From positions 18,882-82,881 of the forward strand of contig JASLPZ010000001.1 in the NCBI GenBank assembly GCA_030744725.1: 64,000 bases of DNA. Reading direction: 5' to 3'. The stretch is from Pirellulaceae bacterium (GTDB lineage Bacteria; Planctomycetota; Planctomycetia; Pirellulales; Pirellulaceae). The notes below the pieces were generated by a model, which saw nothing but the letters and a program-made list of their open reading frames with translations, ran no database searches and was not told the origin of the DNA. A program made the position numbers and the translations under genes. Shown here in pieces: positions 27,965 through 39,358 of the stretch; position 1 is the stretch's first letter, and each line of letters opens with the position of its first letter.

Positions 27965-29518
27965 CTAGGCCGTCAGAAGCGACCCTTTGCAGAGGCTAGT
28001 CAAGGTGTTGGCGATCATGCCATCCAGGTGAGCCTGGTCGACGCGTTGAAACTTCTGACCGTTCTGAGGCATCGTCAATTCACCCTTGGCAATGGCCGTC
28101 TGAATCTTGTCAAACAGCAGAGCGCGGTCGTGCTGCGAATCGAGCAGAGCGACAAGATAACAGCAGAATTCGTCGAGATTACAATTCTCGTGGCGCTGAT
28201 TGGTGACCGAAATGCCAGACGAGGCTTGCAATCGGGCCAAGGGCGTTGCCAATGGACGCTTACTGACCAGATTGGCGACCGTGGGTGGGTGTACATAATA
28301 ATCGAGAAGTCCGGCTGCGAAGACGCCCATCAATGTCCGAGCGGTATCATCAACGTTCAGATGATCCCAAGACTCGCCACCGTGACCGACGGTGGCAAGC
28401 CGTTGGATACTTGCCGTATGTAGTTCGTCCATGGTGATCGGTCGTGGCCAGCGATTGCTCAGGTGCTCTAACGCCGCCATAGCCAAGGGGGAACCGGTCG
28501 AAATCTCACCTCGACGCATATGTAAAGTGAGCGGCTCGTTCGAGTCAAAGCTGGGTTTGACCGGCGTGGGGCAGCTGGTCAACGAGAGTTGGAATTTCCG
28601 GAGATCTTCTGGCCCTAAATTCCGCGTCACGGCTACACTCTGGTGGCAAAGCAGCGTTGTGCGAAACTTCCTGTTGCGGAGAAAGTCCATGTACTGCTGC
28701 TGCTGGACCAGTGGAATACCAGCCAGAGCATCTCTTGCCTGGGCGGACAGGTGCATCGACAACATGGTTGTCAAATCAGTGTCGGCGAGGAATTGCAGGC
28801 CGCCGGCCTCGGCACGCTCGACGAATTCGTAGAAGTAGATCGGGTGGTTATGATCTTCCAAGTGGTCGTGATAGAAATACTGATCATCCGCGGTGGAAAT
28901 GAAATCCAATTCTTCCCGCAGCACCTGGCCGTACGCTGTATCAGTGGAACAATTTTCTGTCATGAAACGGAGCATGGAGCGAGCTTGTGAGATCCGCTCT
29001 TCGGGCCGTTCAAGCTTAGAAACATGATAGAGCATCATATCGCGGATCGTGCCGCGAAAATTCCAGCCCGGCAATACATTATGCGAGACTAATGCCACAC
29101 CATTGCAAGACAGGTTGTCTTTGCAGATCGCCATGATCTTTTCCTGGACATTCTCCGGCACCCAGGAATAGACGCCATGGCACAAGATGTAGTCGAATTG
29201 TCCCCAGGAGGCGTCGATATCCAAGAGGTCAGCTTGACGCAGTTCGATATTGTCTAAGCCGAGAGTCGTGATGATCGACTGACCCTGGTTAACTTGTCGC
29301 TCTGATAGATCAACTCCGACAAATTCGCTTTGTGGCAGCTCCATCGCTTTGGGATTCAGATTCGAAGCGGCGGCGCATCCCAATTCCAGGACCCGACAAT
29401 CAGGGATCGGTTGCGGGTGCATACCAAACAGGGTGGCGACCGCTTCCAGCTTTCGTACGTGGGCCGCTGGATGTGATTGCACCGCATAAGGAACCTGGTC
29501 GTATGAGTTTGGGCTCAT
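27965..29518 (-). CDS. class I SAM-dependent methyltransferase with large C-terminal (methyltransferase-regulatory-like) domain
   Basis: The start is placed at MSPNSYDQVPYAVQSHP (ATG 29518). SAM motif I is VLELGCAAASNL, followed by FDYILCHGVYSWV. A ~300-aa C-terminal extension follows, as in the methyltransferase-plus-regulatory-domain family. Confidence 0.75.
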   Translation of the reverse strand: MSPNSYDQVPYAVQSHPAAHVRKLEAVATLFGMHPQPIPDCRVLELGCAAASNLNPKAMELPQSEFVGVDLSERQVNQGQSIITTLGLDNIELRQADLLDIDASWGQFDYILCHGVYSWVPENVQEKIMAICKDNLSCNGVALVSHNVLPGWNFRGTIRDMMLYHVSKLERPEERISQARSMLRFMTENCSTDTAYGQVLREELDFISTADDQYFYHDHLEDHNHPIYFYEFVERAEAGGLQFLADTDLTTMLSMHLSAQARDALAGIPLVQQQQYMDFLRNRKFRTTLLCHQSVAVTRNLGPEDLRKFQLSLTSCPTPVKPSFDSNEPLTLHMRRGEISTGSPLAMAALEHLSNRWPRPITMDELHTASIQRLATVGHGGESWDHLNVDDTARTLMGVFAAGLLDYYVHPPTVANLVSKRPLATPLARLQASSGISVTNQRHENCNLDEFCCYLVALLDSQHDRALLFDKIQTAIAKGELTMPQNGQKFQRVDQAHLDGMIANTLTSLCKGSLLTA

Positions 29519-30004
29519 GGAGTCGTCCGCCTGGTTTAGGAAACGGAAAAGGATCAACAGGAGTTCATCGCCCGAAATCTGCCCGGATGGCGGATGCGTG
29601 GCCTGATTGATTCTTCGACAGCAGTGGGTTTCCCCATTCGGTCCAATATGTATGGCAAATGCGGTCAAGTCGATCGATCGAAATGCGCGGCGACAAAACC
29701 GGCATATTCCTCATATTCTTCAATTCAGGTATAGGCCAGCATCTCCTAGAGGGGTCACCATTAGAATCTGAGCCCCTTTGACCGGAAGCTGATAATCGTG
29801 ACAATGGGAGCACGTTTTTGAAAGATGATTTGTGCGACGATCCCTGCGTCTATTCTGTACGCTCGAAGATCCGTCCTCGCGCGAACGCAGGCTCAATCGA
29901 ACCGCGTCGTCTCCTGCAGGCCGACTGACTCCTGTTATTTGACGGGTTGCAAATGACAGGCCGGCGATCACCAGCTGTTTCTGACGCTCGCAAGAGGTTT
30001 GTCT

Positions 30005-32725
<2,721 letters not shown>

Positions 32726-32735
32726 CGTCACCATT

Positions 32736-32756
32736 TCCGACCATAAGGAGACTAAC
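32736..32756 (+). repeat. 21-nt intercistronic motif TCCGACCATAAGGAGACTAAC, copy 1
   Basis: Identical 21-mer at 42311..42331. Here it supplies the AAGGAG Shine-Dalgarno of aceF. Confidence 0.8.
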
Positions 32757-32758
32757 TT

Positions 32759-34111
32759 GTGACGATTGAAGTTAAGCTTCCGGAACTTGGTGACGGAATC
32801 GAATCCGGCGACGTGCTCGAAGTGCTCGTCCAAGAAGGCGATACGATCGACAAGGAACAAGGCATTGTCGAACTGGAAACCGACAAGGCCACTGTGGAGG
32901 TCCCCTGTTCGCATTCGGGCCGCATCGTGAAAGTCCACGTGCAGATCGGTGATACCGTGCCGATCGGTGGCGCGCTGATCACGATTGAAGCTGCGACGCC
33001 GGCCGATCCGATAACTCAGCCTGAAGTACCGCCGCCGGTCGTCGCCGAACCGCAACAACCCGTTGCCCAAGTTGAACCATTGTTGCCCGTCGAGCCGGCG
33101 ACAGCCGCACCTGGCCCATCGACAGCAGCCAGGCGAGAGGTCGAACAACCAGCAGGCACAGCGCCCGCCGTCACGACGAAGGCACGCAGCAGCTCGGGCA
33201 CTGGATCCGGAGCCACTGTCGCGGCCGGCCCGGCAATCCGACGGTTCGCTCGCGAGGTTGGAGTCGACCTGGCGAGCGTCGCAGGCACGGGCGAAAGCGG
33301 TCGCATCACACGTGAGGATGTCCTGGCCATCGTGTTGCAGACATCGGAAGCTGCTCGTTCCGGCAAGACGTCATCGGTTTCCGATCCCAACAAATCGGCC
33401 GACCAGTGGGGCATTGTGCGAATTGAAAAGATGGCGAAGATCCGTCGCACGATCGCCGATCGTATGCAAGAGTCGTGGACCACGGCGCCACGCGTGACGA
33501 ACTTCGACGATGCCGACGTTACCGAGTTGGAACGTATACGGAAGGCGAACAAGGCGGATTACGCGGAAGAGGGCATCAAGCTAACCGCCATGCCGTTTCT
33601 CATCAAAGCCTGCGCGATGGCTCTGCGTGACCATCCAGAGATGAACGCTTCCGTCGACATGGAAAACGGCCAGATCATCTACAAAGAGTATTACAACATT
33701 GGTATTGCAGTCGACACGGACCGTGGTTTGGTCGTGCCTCCGCTGCGCGACGCCGACAGGCTCACGATTCCATCTGTCGCTCGAGCACTTGGGAAGCTAG
33801 CAGAAAAGGTTCGCTCCGGTGATTTCGGGATCAACGACCTGCGCGGTGGGACGTTCACGATTAGCAATTTGGGTGCCATCGGTGGAACGTATTCGACACC
33901 CATCATTAACATCCCCGAAGTTGCGATCCTGTTGGTCGGACGTTCGCGGAAAATGCCAGTCGTCATCAACGACGAAATCCAGGTGCGATTGATGATGCCG
34001 CTCAGCCTGTCCTACGATCATCGCCTGGTTGATGGAGCCACTGCGGCGAGGTTTCTGAACACGGTAATCAGTTATCTCGAAGCTCCCGGTCGGCTGTTGT
34101 TGGCGTTGTAA
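32759..34111 (+). CDS. aceF: dihydrolipoamide acetyltransferase (E2) of pyruvate dehydrogenase
   Basis: GTG start. It has a lipoyl domain (ELETDKATVEVP), a subunit-binding domain (GPAIRRFAREVGVDL) and a catalytic domain (LSLSYDHRLVDGA). Confidence 0.92.
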   Translation: MTIEVKLPELGDGIESGDVLEVLVQEGDTIDKEQGIVELETDKATVEVPCSHSGRIVKVHVQIGDTVPIGGALITIEAATPADPITQPEVPPPVVAEPQQPVAQVEPLLPVEPATAAPGPSTAARREVEQPAGTAPAVTTKARSSSGTGSGATVAAGPAIRRFAREVGVDLASVAGTGESGRITREDVLAIVLQTSEAARSGKTSSVSDPNKSADQWGIVRIEKMAKIRRTIADRMQESWTTAPRVTNFDDADVTELERIRKANKADYAEEGIKLTAMPFLIKACAMALRDHPEMNASVDMENGQIIYKEYYNIGIAVDTDRGLVVPPLRDADRLTIPSVARALGKLAEKVRSGDFGINDLRGGTFTISNLGAIGGTYSTPIINIPEVAILLVGRSRKMPVVINDEIQVRLMMPLSLSYDHRLVDGATAARFLNTVISYLEAPGRLLLAL

Positions 34112-34176
34112 CTGCGTTTGGGAAAAGACGAGTCCGTTGAAATCGCTCGCATTCATACGCAACTTGTGAAACCACG

Positions 34177-34845
34177 ATGCCACCAACCGCCAACGAGATC
34201 GACGCTGGGCAAGCCATCTATACCAAGGCGACACTCCGGATCTACGACTTTCTGGTCTTGGGCATTTCGAACCGCTGGATCTGGCGATGCCCAACGTCAC
34301 GGCTGCTGCGGATGTACAACGATGACATTTCGGCGAATCATCTCGACGTCGGAGTGGGTACAGGGTATCTGCTGGACCACTGTCGGTTTCCGGCCGAACG
34401 TCCACGGATTGGATTGCTGGATTTGAACGCAACCTGTTTGCAGACGGCCGCGCAGCGGATCGCGAGATATCAACCAATGCAATTCCAAGCCAACGTGCTG
34501 ATGCCGATCGAGATCGACGAGGCACCGTTCGATTCGGTCGGTTTGAATTACGTCTTGCATTGCCTGCCGGGCTCTATGTTGGACAAGGCGGTCGTCTTCC
34601 AGAATCTGACGCGTCTGATTCGTCCAGGCGGCATCCTGTTTGGCTCGACGCTCCTAGGCGGTGGGATTCAGCGTGGCTGGGCCTCGCGGGGGCTGATGGC
34701 TTACTACAATCGCCAGCGGATCTTTTGCAATCGCGATGACCACCTGGACCAACTGGGCTCCGCGTTGGGTGAGCATTTTGAATCACATGTTCTCGAGGTC
34801 GTCGGAAGTGCGGCCTTGTTCGCGGGCCGAATCGCGTCACAATGA
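34177..34845 (+). CDS. class I SAM-dependent methyltransferase
   Basis: 222 aa. Motif I is HLDVGVGTGYLL, and the motif post-I/II spacing is typical of the family. The substrate is unknown. Confidence 0.7.
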   Translation: MPPTANEIDAGQAIYTKATLRIYDFLVLGISNRWIWRCPTSRLLRMYNDDISANHLDVGVGTGYLLDHCRFPAERPRIGLLDLNATCLQTAAQRIARYQPMQFQANVLMPIEIDEAPFDSVGLNYVLHCLPGSMLDKAVVFQNLTRLIRPGGILFGSTLLGGGIQRGWASRGLMAYYNRQRIFCNRDDHLDQLGSALGEHFESHVLEVVGSAALFAGRIASQ

Positions 34846-34906
34846 TCTATCTGTTTTTTTGACGGTCCTCTTGAACCAAGACAAGTAGCCCGGCGTACGA
34901 AAGCAC

Positions 34907-37900
34907 ATGAACGGCCCCTCAAGCACTCCGGCCTCGGATCGAAATCGTCTGCTTTTTCTGGTCGGCGCTATCGCCGGACTGGTCATTGGCGCGTTTGTCT
35001 ATTATGCCAGGCAGCCGGAGATCCCGCCTGGGCCTGTGGACGTCGACATTGTCAGCGAACCGCTTGCGCCAGACACGGCCGCGCAATTGGTGCATGACGC
35101 GCACGTCGCGATTGCCCACTTGGAAAACGCAGAGTTGGAGGCTGCCGACCAGTTGTTCCTGGAGATCGGACGACAGCTTCCCCAGGAAGCGCTGCCAAAT
35201 CGGAACCTGGCTATCGGTCGATTCCTGGCCTATGACGAAGGAAAGGTGGATCTTCCGGCGATGGAAGAGGCGCTGGACCGGCTTCGTCAGGCTGAACCCG
35301 CGGCTGCCACAACCGCTTGGCTCGATGCCATGACGGCCCTCAAGGCCGGCAACAATCTCATCGCCCAGGACCCTGACGCCAACGGTACATTCTTGGCCAG
35401 GGCGATCAAGTCGTTGCAAACTGCCGAACGGCGTGACCCCTCGATGGTCGGCTACCCGTATCAGTTGTTCGAGGCAATGAGATTCGTCGAAGATGCCGAT
35501 GCGCGCAGACTTGGCGAAGCCGCCCTGGGCCGCGCCTATCAGAGAGCTCCCGATAACTTGTTCGTACTGGGCGAGTGGCTGTTGGTTCAGGCAGAGAAAG
35601 AAGACGCCTCGATCGTCGAGACCTTGAGAGCTTCAAAAGAGACGATCGCGCCGTTGCAAAGGCAGATCCAGGACACGGTGAAGATCGATATCTTTGCGAT
35701 GGTGGATGCCGCGGTTGAAGCAGCAGAGCAGGGAAACTGGCCTGTAGTCAAGGGGCGCGTACGTATCGTGTTCTTCAATTCGATGCGTAGACACGAGTTT
35801 GCGCAGGGTGACCTGAAGCGTCTGAAACCCCATCCGCTTGGGTTCGTCGTCCACAATTTCAGTCCGGCGTTCCGCGACATGTACCCGCAGCCACCCGCCC
35901 TCAGTCCCGGCATTGATGTGACATTCTCGCCCCTGGCCGCGGATCGGCAGTTACCGGCGATCGAAGACGCCGTGGACATGATCGCCGTCGATTTCGACCT
36001 GAACGGTGCGCAGGACATCGTTGTGCTACGCCCCACCTCTGTCGAAGTCTATGGCCAAGCCGAACCGGCCAGCGCTTGGGGCCTACTGACTGCGTTGGAA
36101 ATTCCTCCCGGCGTGCGTGGGCTCCTGGTGGCCGACCTGGATCACGATCGTGACCACACGATCGCCCACGAAGAAACGGAAGACGGGAGTCCTGGGCCAC
36201 TTAAGCCCCATGTCTGCTACGCCGCGGATGTCGACGTGGTGATCTTCGGCGAATCTGGACTGCTCGTCCTGCGCAACGAACTCGATAGCGAAAGCCAAAA
36301 ACGCTCGTTGGTGCGGGTGGAACAATCCGCGGATCTCAATGTTCCGGTGGCCCATCATGGCGTGCTCGTCGACTTCGACCACGACAGCAATCTCGACGTG
36401 ATTCTGGCCAGCCAGCAGGGAATCGTGGCGTTGTTGGCACGTGGAAACATGACATTCGCCAACGCCACTCCCTACTCGCGGATGCCGCCAGCCGACCATC
36501 CTTTCACCAGTCTATTGCCGGTCGATTGGGACCGAGATGCTGACATTGACATTCTGGCAACCGCGCCCGAGGGTGGTTTAGTTGGTTACTTGGAGAACAA
36601 ACGGCACGGCAATTTTAGTTGGGTCGTTCTTGACAAAGAGTTCGACGCACTCAAAGGGTCGACGTCGCTGTCGCTCTTGGACTGTGATGGCAATGCCTCG
36701 TGGGATCTGATTGGAAACGGCGCCATCGGTTTCCAGCTGATCCAGACCCACTCGTCGCCAACAGGTATTCCCCGTGCGATGCGTGCTTCGCAAGCTGGAG
36801 ATATCAAATTCGATGGGCTGACACTGTGGGACTATGACAACGACGGTTTTCAGGATGCTCTTGTCTGGAGCGACGACGGCCTCCTTGTTTACCGAGGGTC
36901 GGATGACGGGACATTCACGATCGCGGCGTCGGTGTTTGGAGATACTCCCGTTGCGATTCGCAAATGCGATGTGGCCGACTTCGACGCGGATGGCGATCAA
37001 GATGTGGCCGTACTCACGAGACAGGGTATCACACTCTATTCCAATGAAGGCGGCAACCTAAACCACTGGCTGGAAATTCGAACACTGGGGCTCGTCGATA
37101 ACAAGGGTAAATCAAATCACAACGGAATCGGCGGCCTCATTGAAATAAAAACGGGCTTCCGCTACCAAGCCCAAGTAGTCCATCGACCCGTCACGCATTT
37201 CGGCTTGGGCGAATTGGAAAAGGCAGATGTGATCCGTTACTTGTGGCCTAATGGCGTACCGCAAGCAGCCATCGCGCCAGTGACCAATCAGGCGATCTGC
37301 GAAACCATGGTGCTAAAGGGCTCGTGCCCGTACTTGTACACCTGGACCGGTGAGAAGTTCGAGTTCTTCACCGACTTGCTGTGGGCGGCCCCAATCGGGT
37401 TGCAGTTTGCCGAAGGGGTGTTGGCACCGGCGCGTGAATGGGAGTACCTCTTGATCCCTGGCGACCTCCTCAAACCACATGACGGGCTCTACGCCGTACA
37501 GGTTACGGAAGAGTTGTGGGAGGCAGCGTACTTCGAGTCCATTCGATTAATCGCCCTCGACCATCCAGCGGACGTGGAACTCTATTCGAATGAGAAAGTT
37601 GGGCCAGCCGAGATTGCCGAACACCTGATTCACACCGTGCGAACCCGCCGCCCGCCGGTGGCAGCTCGCGATCAGCACGCACGCAACGTGTTGCCGGAAA
37701 TCTTACACCGCGACGGCACGTTCATGCGCGGCTTCGACAAGAATGTTGTGCCAGGTCTGGTTGACCAGCACTATCTTGAATTGGATCTGGGAGACTTGAA
37801 GGACGCGCGGCAAATCAAGCTATTCTTGACCGGTTGGATTTATCCGACAGACACCTCGCTGAATGTCGCGCTATCTCGGCACCCGGAACTCAACGGCCCC

Positions 37901-38605
37901 AAACCACCTGCGATTTGGGTTCCCGGCGCGGATGGTAAATGGCAGGAGACGATCCCCTATATGGGATTTCCCGGAGGAAAGACCAAGACGATTGTCGTCG
38001 ACCTGTCCAAGGCTTTTCTGACAGACGACTTTCGTTTACGAATTGTGACGACGGGCGAATTCTATTGGGACGAGGCGTTCTACACCGTCGACGAACTGCC
38101 AGCCGATGTTCGCCAGACGCCTCTAGCGCTACGATCCGCCGACTTGCATTACCGTGGTTTTTCGCAGCCACTCCCTCCCAAAGAAAACTCGCCAGAGATC
38201 TACGACTATCAGAAAGTCTCGCCCGCACGCAAGTGGCCGCCGATGGATGGTCGCTTCACGAAGTTCGGTGACGTGCGCGAGCTACTGATCGAGAATGATG
38301 ACCGATTGGTCGTGATCGGTGCCGGCGACGAGATGACTCTGACATTTGCCGAGCCAGCGATGCCTCTTCCAGAGGGGTGGGTACGGGACTTCGTCATCCA
38401 TAATGTCGGGTGGGACAAGGATGCCGACTTGAACACTGTCTACGGCCAAACCGTAGAGCCTCTACCGTTTGTTGGTATGCGGCGTTATCCGTTCCCAGTG
38501 GAACAGACGGTACCAGATTCGCCGAGCTATCGAGAGTATCTGCGAAAATACCAGACTCGGACCCAAAAACGCTCCGAGTTTTGGAACACGATCCGCGACT
38601 ATTGA
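34907..38605 (+). CDS. membrane-anchored giant protein with FG-GAP/VCBS repeats and ASPIC/UnbV domain
   Basis: 1232 aa with an N-terminal TM anchor (LLFLVGAIAGLVIGAFVYY) and a helical repeat region. It has multiple DxDxDG-type blades: VDFDLNGAQDIVVL, VDFDHDSNLDVILA, VDWDRDADIDILA, LWDYDNDGFQDALVW, VADFDADGDQDVAVL. An ASPIC/UnbV-like block follows (NHWLEIRTLG...NGIGGLIEIKTG...FGLGELEKADVIRYLWPNG), and then ~450 aa are unassigned. Confidence 0.8.
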   Translation: MNGPSSTPASDRNRLLFLVGAIAGLVIGAFVYYARQPEIPPGPVDVDIVSEPLAPDTAAQLVHDAHVAIAHLENAELEAADQLFLEIGRQLPQEALPNRNLAIGRFLAYDEGKVDLPAMEEALDRLRQAEPAAATTAWLDAMTALKAGNNLIAQDPDANGTFLARAIKSLQTAERRDPSMVGYPYQLFEAMRFVEDADARRLGEAALGRAYQRAPDNLFVLGEWLLVQAEKEDASIVETLRASKETIAPLQRQIQDTVKIDIFAMVDAAVEAAEQGNWPVVKGRVRIVFFNSMRRHEFAQGDLKRLKPHPLGFVVHNFSPAFRDMYPQPPALSPGIDVTFSPLAADRQLPAIEDAVDMIAVDFDLNGAQDIVVLRPTSVEVYGQAEPASAWGLLTALEIPPGVRGLLVADLDHDRDHTIAHEETEDGSPGPLKPHVCYAADVDVVIFGESGLLVLRNELDSESQKRSLVRVEQSADLNVPVAHHGVLVDFDHDSNLDVILASQQGIVALLARGNMTFANATPYSRMPPADHPFTSLLPVDWDRDADIDILATAPEGGLVGYLENKRHGNFSWVVLDKEFDALKGSTSLSLLDCDGNASWDLIGNGAIGFQLIQTHSSPTGIPRAMRASQAGDIKFDGLTLWDYDNDGFQDALVWSDDGLLVYRGSDDGTFTIAASVFGDTPVAIRKCDVADFDADGDQDVAVLTRQGITLYSNEGGNLNHWLEIRTLGLVDNKGKSNHNGIGGLIEIKTGFRYQAQVVHRPVTHFGLGELEKADVIRYLWPNGVPQAAIAPVTNQAICETMVLKGSCPYLYTWTGEKFEFFTDLLWAAPIGLQFAEGVLAPAREWEYLLIPGDLLKPHDGLYAVQVTEELWEAAYFESIRLIALDHPADVELYSNEKVGPAEIAEHLIHTVRTRRPPVAARDQHARNVLPEILHRDGTFMRGFDKNVVPGLVDQHYLELDLGDLKDARQIKLFLTGWIYPTDTSLNVALSRHPELNGPKPPAIWVPGADGKWQETIPYMGFPGGKTKTIVVDLSKAFLTDDFRLRIVTTGEFYWDEAFYTVDELPADVRQTPLALRSADLHYRGFSQPLPPKENSPEIYDYQKVSPARKWPPMDGRFTKFGDVRELLIENDDRLVVIGAGDEMTLTFAEPAMPLPEGWVRDFVIHNVGWDKDADLNTVYGQTVEPLPFVGMRRYPFPVEQTVPDSPSYREYLRKYQTRTQKRSEFWNTIRDY

Positions 38606-38724
38606 AAGCGAGTGAGTACGCCGCATCAGTCGATTTGACGTCTTCTTGGCTCGTTCTTATAGTGAATTGTCGACTTACTCTTCGCGAGTACACGCGACGC
38701 TTCTCCATATCAGCCGTTTCGGCC

Positions 38725-39213
38725 ATGAAAAGCACTGACAACCAGCGCCGTCAACTGCGCTACCGCGCCATGATGCTCGGCAGTGTCGCGTTGTTGGTTA
38801 CCGCACTGCTTGGCAGCATCACGTCGATCGCGCACGCAGGCTGCGGAGACTATGTCGTGATCGGAAATCCATTGCGCGAACCGCCGCGCCAGGCGCAGCA
38901 ACACGCGGTGCCGGAACTGGATTCAGCCATGCCGATAGAGCGCCCTTCCCGGCTTCCATGCCAGGGCCCTGGTTGCCGGCAAGGCGACGCTTCCCCGCCA
39001 TTACCGGTGCCCATCGTGATCACGTCGAGCCCAGAACTTGTGGCGATTGCACCAACGGCAGGCGCCGCAGTGTCAGCAAGTGGAGAATCTTGCGTCGATC
39101 TCCGTGCCTCGCGCCGCGTCGAGGGCGTCTTTGATCGCGTGGAACGACCACCGCGATTTGCCGCGCAGACCTTTCTTGGTTCGTGGTGCCCCTCTGCCTG
39201 GCTACCTGTGTGA
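38725..39213 (+). CDS. small secreted hypothetical protein
   Basis: The start is placed at MKSTDNQRRQLRYRAMMLGSVALLVTALLGSITSIAHA (signal-like). The track ORF start at 38410 would overlap the preceding gene. The protein is Cys- and Pro-containing, with no recognised family. Confidence 0.5.
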   Translation: MKSTDNQRRQLRYRAMMLGSVALLVTALLGSITSIAHAGCGDYVVIGNPLREPPRQAQQHAVPELDSAMPIERPSRLPCQGPGCRQGDASPPLPVPIVITSSPELVAIAPTAGAAVSASGESCVDLRASRRVEGVFDRVERPPRFAAQTFLGSWCPSAWLPV

Positions 39214-39358
39214 CGTTGTGATCAATACGTTGCCGGTTGCTGAGTTCCCAGAAGGCGAGCCACGTCTTGGCTACGCCTGAGCTTGCGCTCACTTGGTTCT
39301 CCGCCGATCTCATTTTCGAATCGATGGTGATCCATCTTTCCAACAAAGGAGTCTCGCG

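Noticed and set aside
29519-30004. 486-nt spacer upstream of aceE, inspected for a riboswitch or small gene
   Set aside because: I could not recognise any riboswitch consensus or a convincing promoter. Only short weak hairpins are present, and the 82-aa ORF at 29565..29813 is featureless. It remains unexplained rather than positively annotated.
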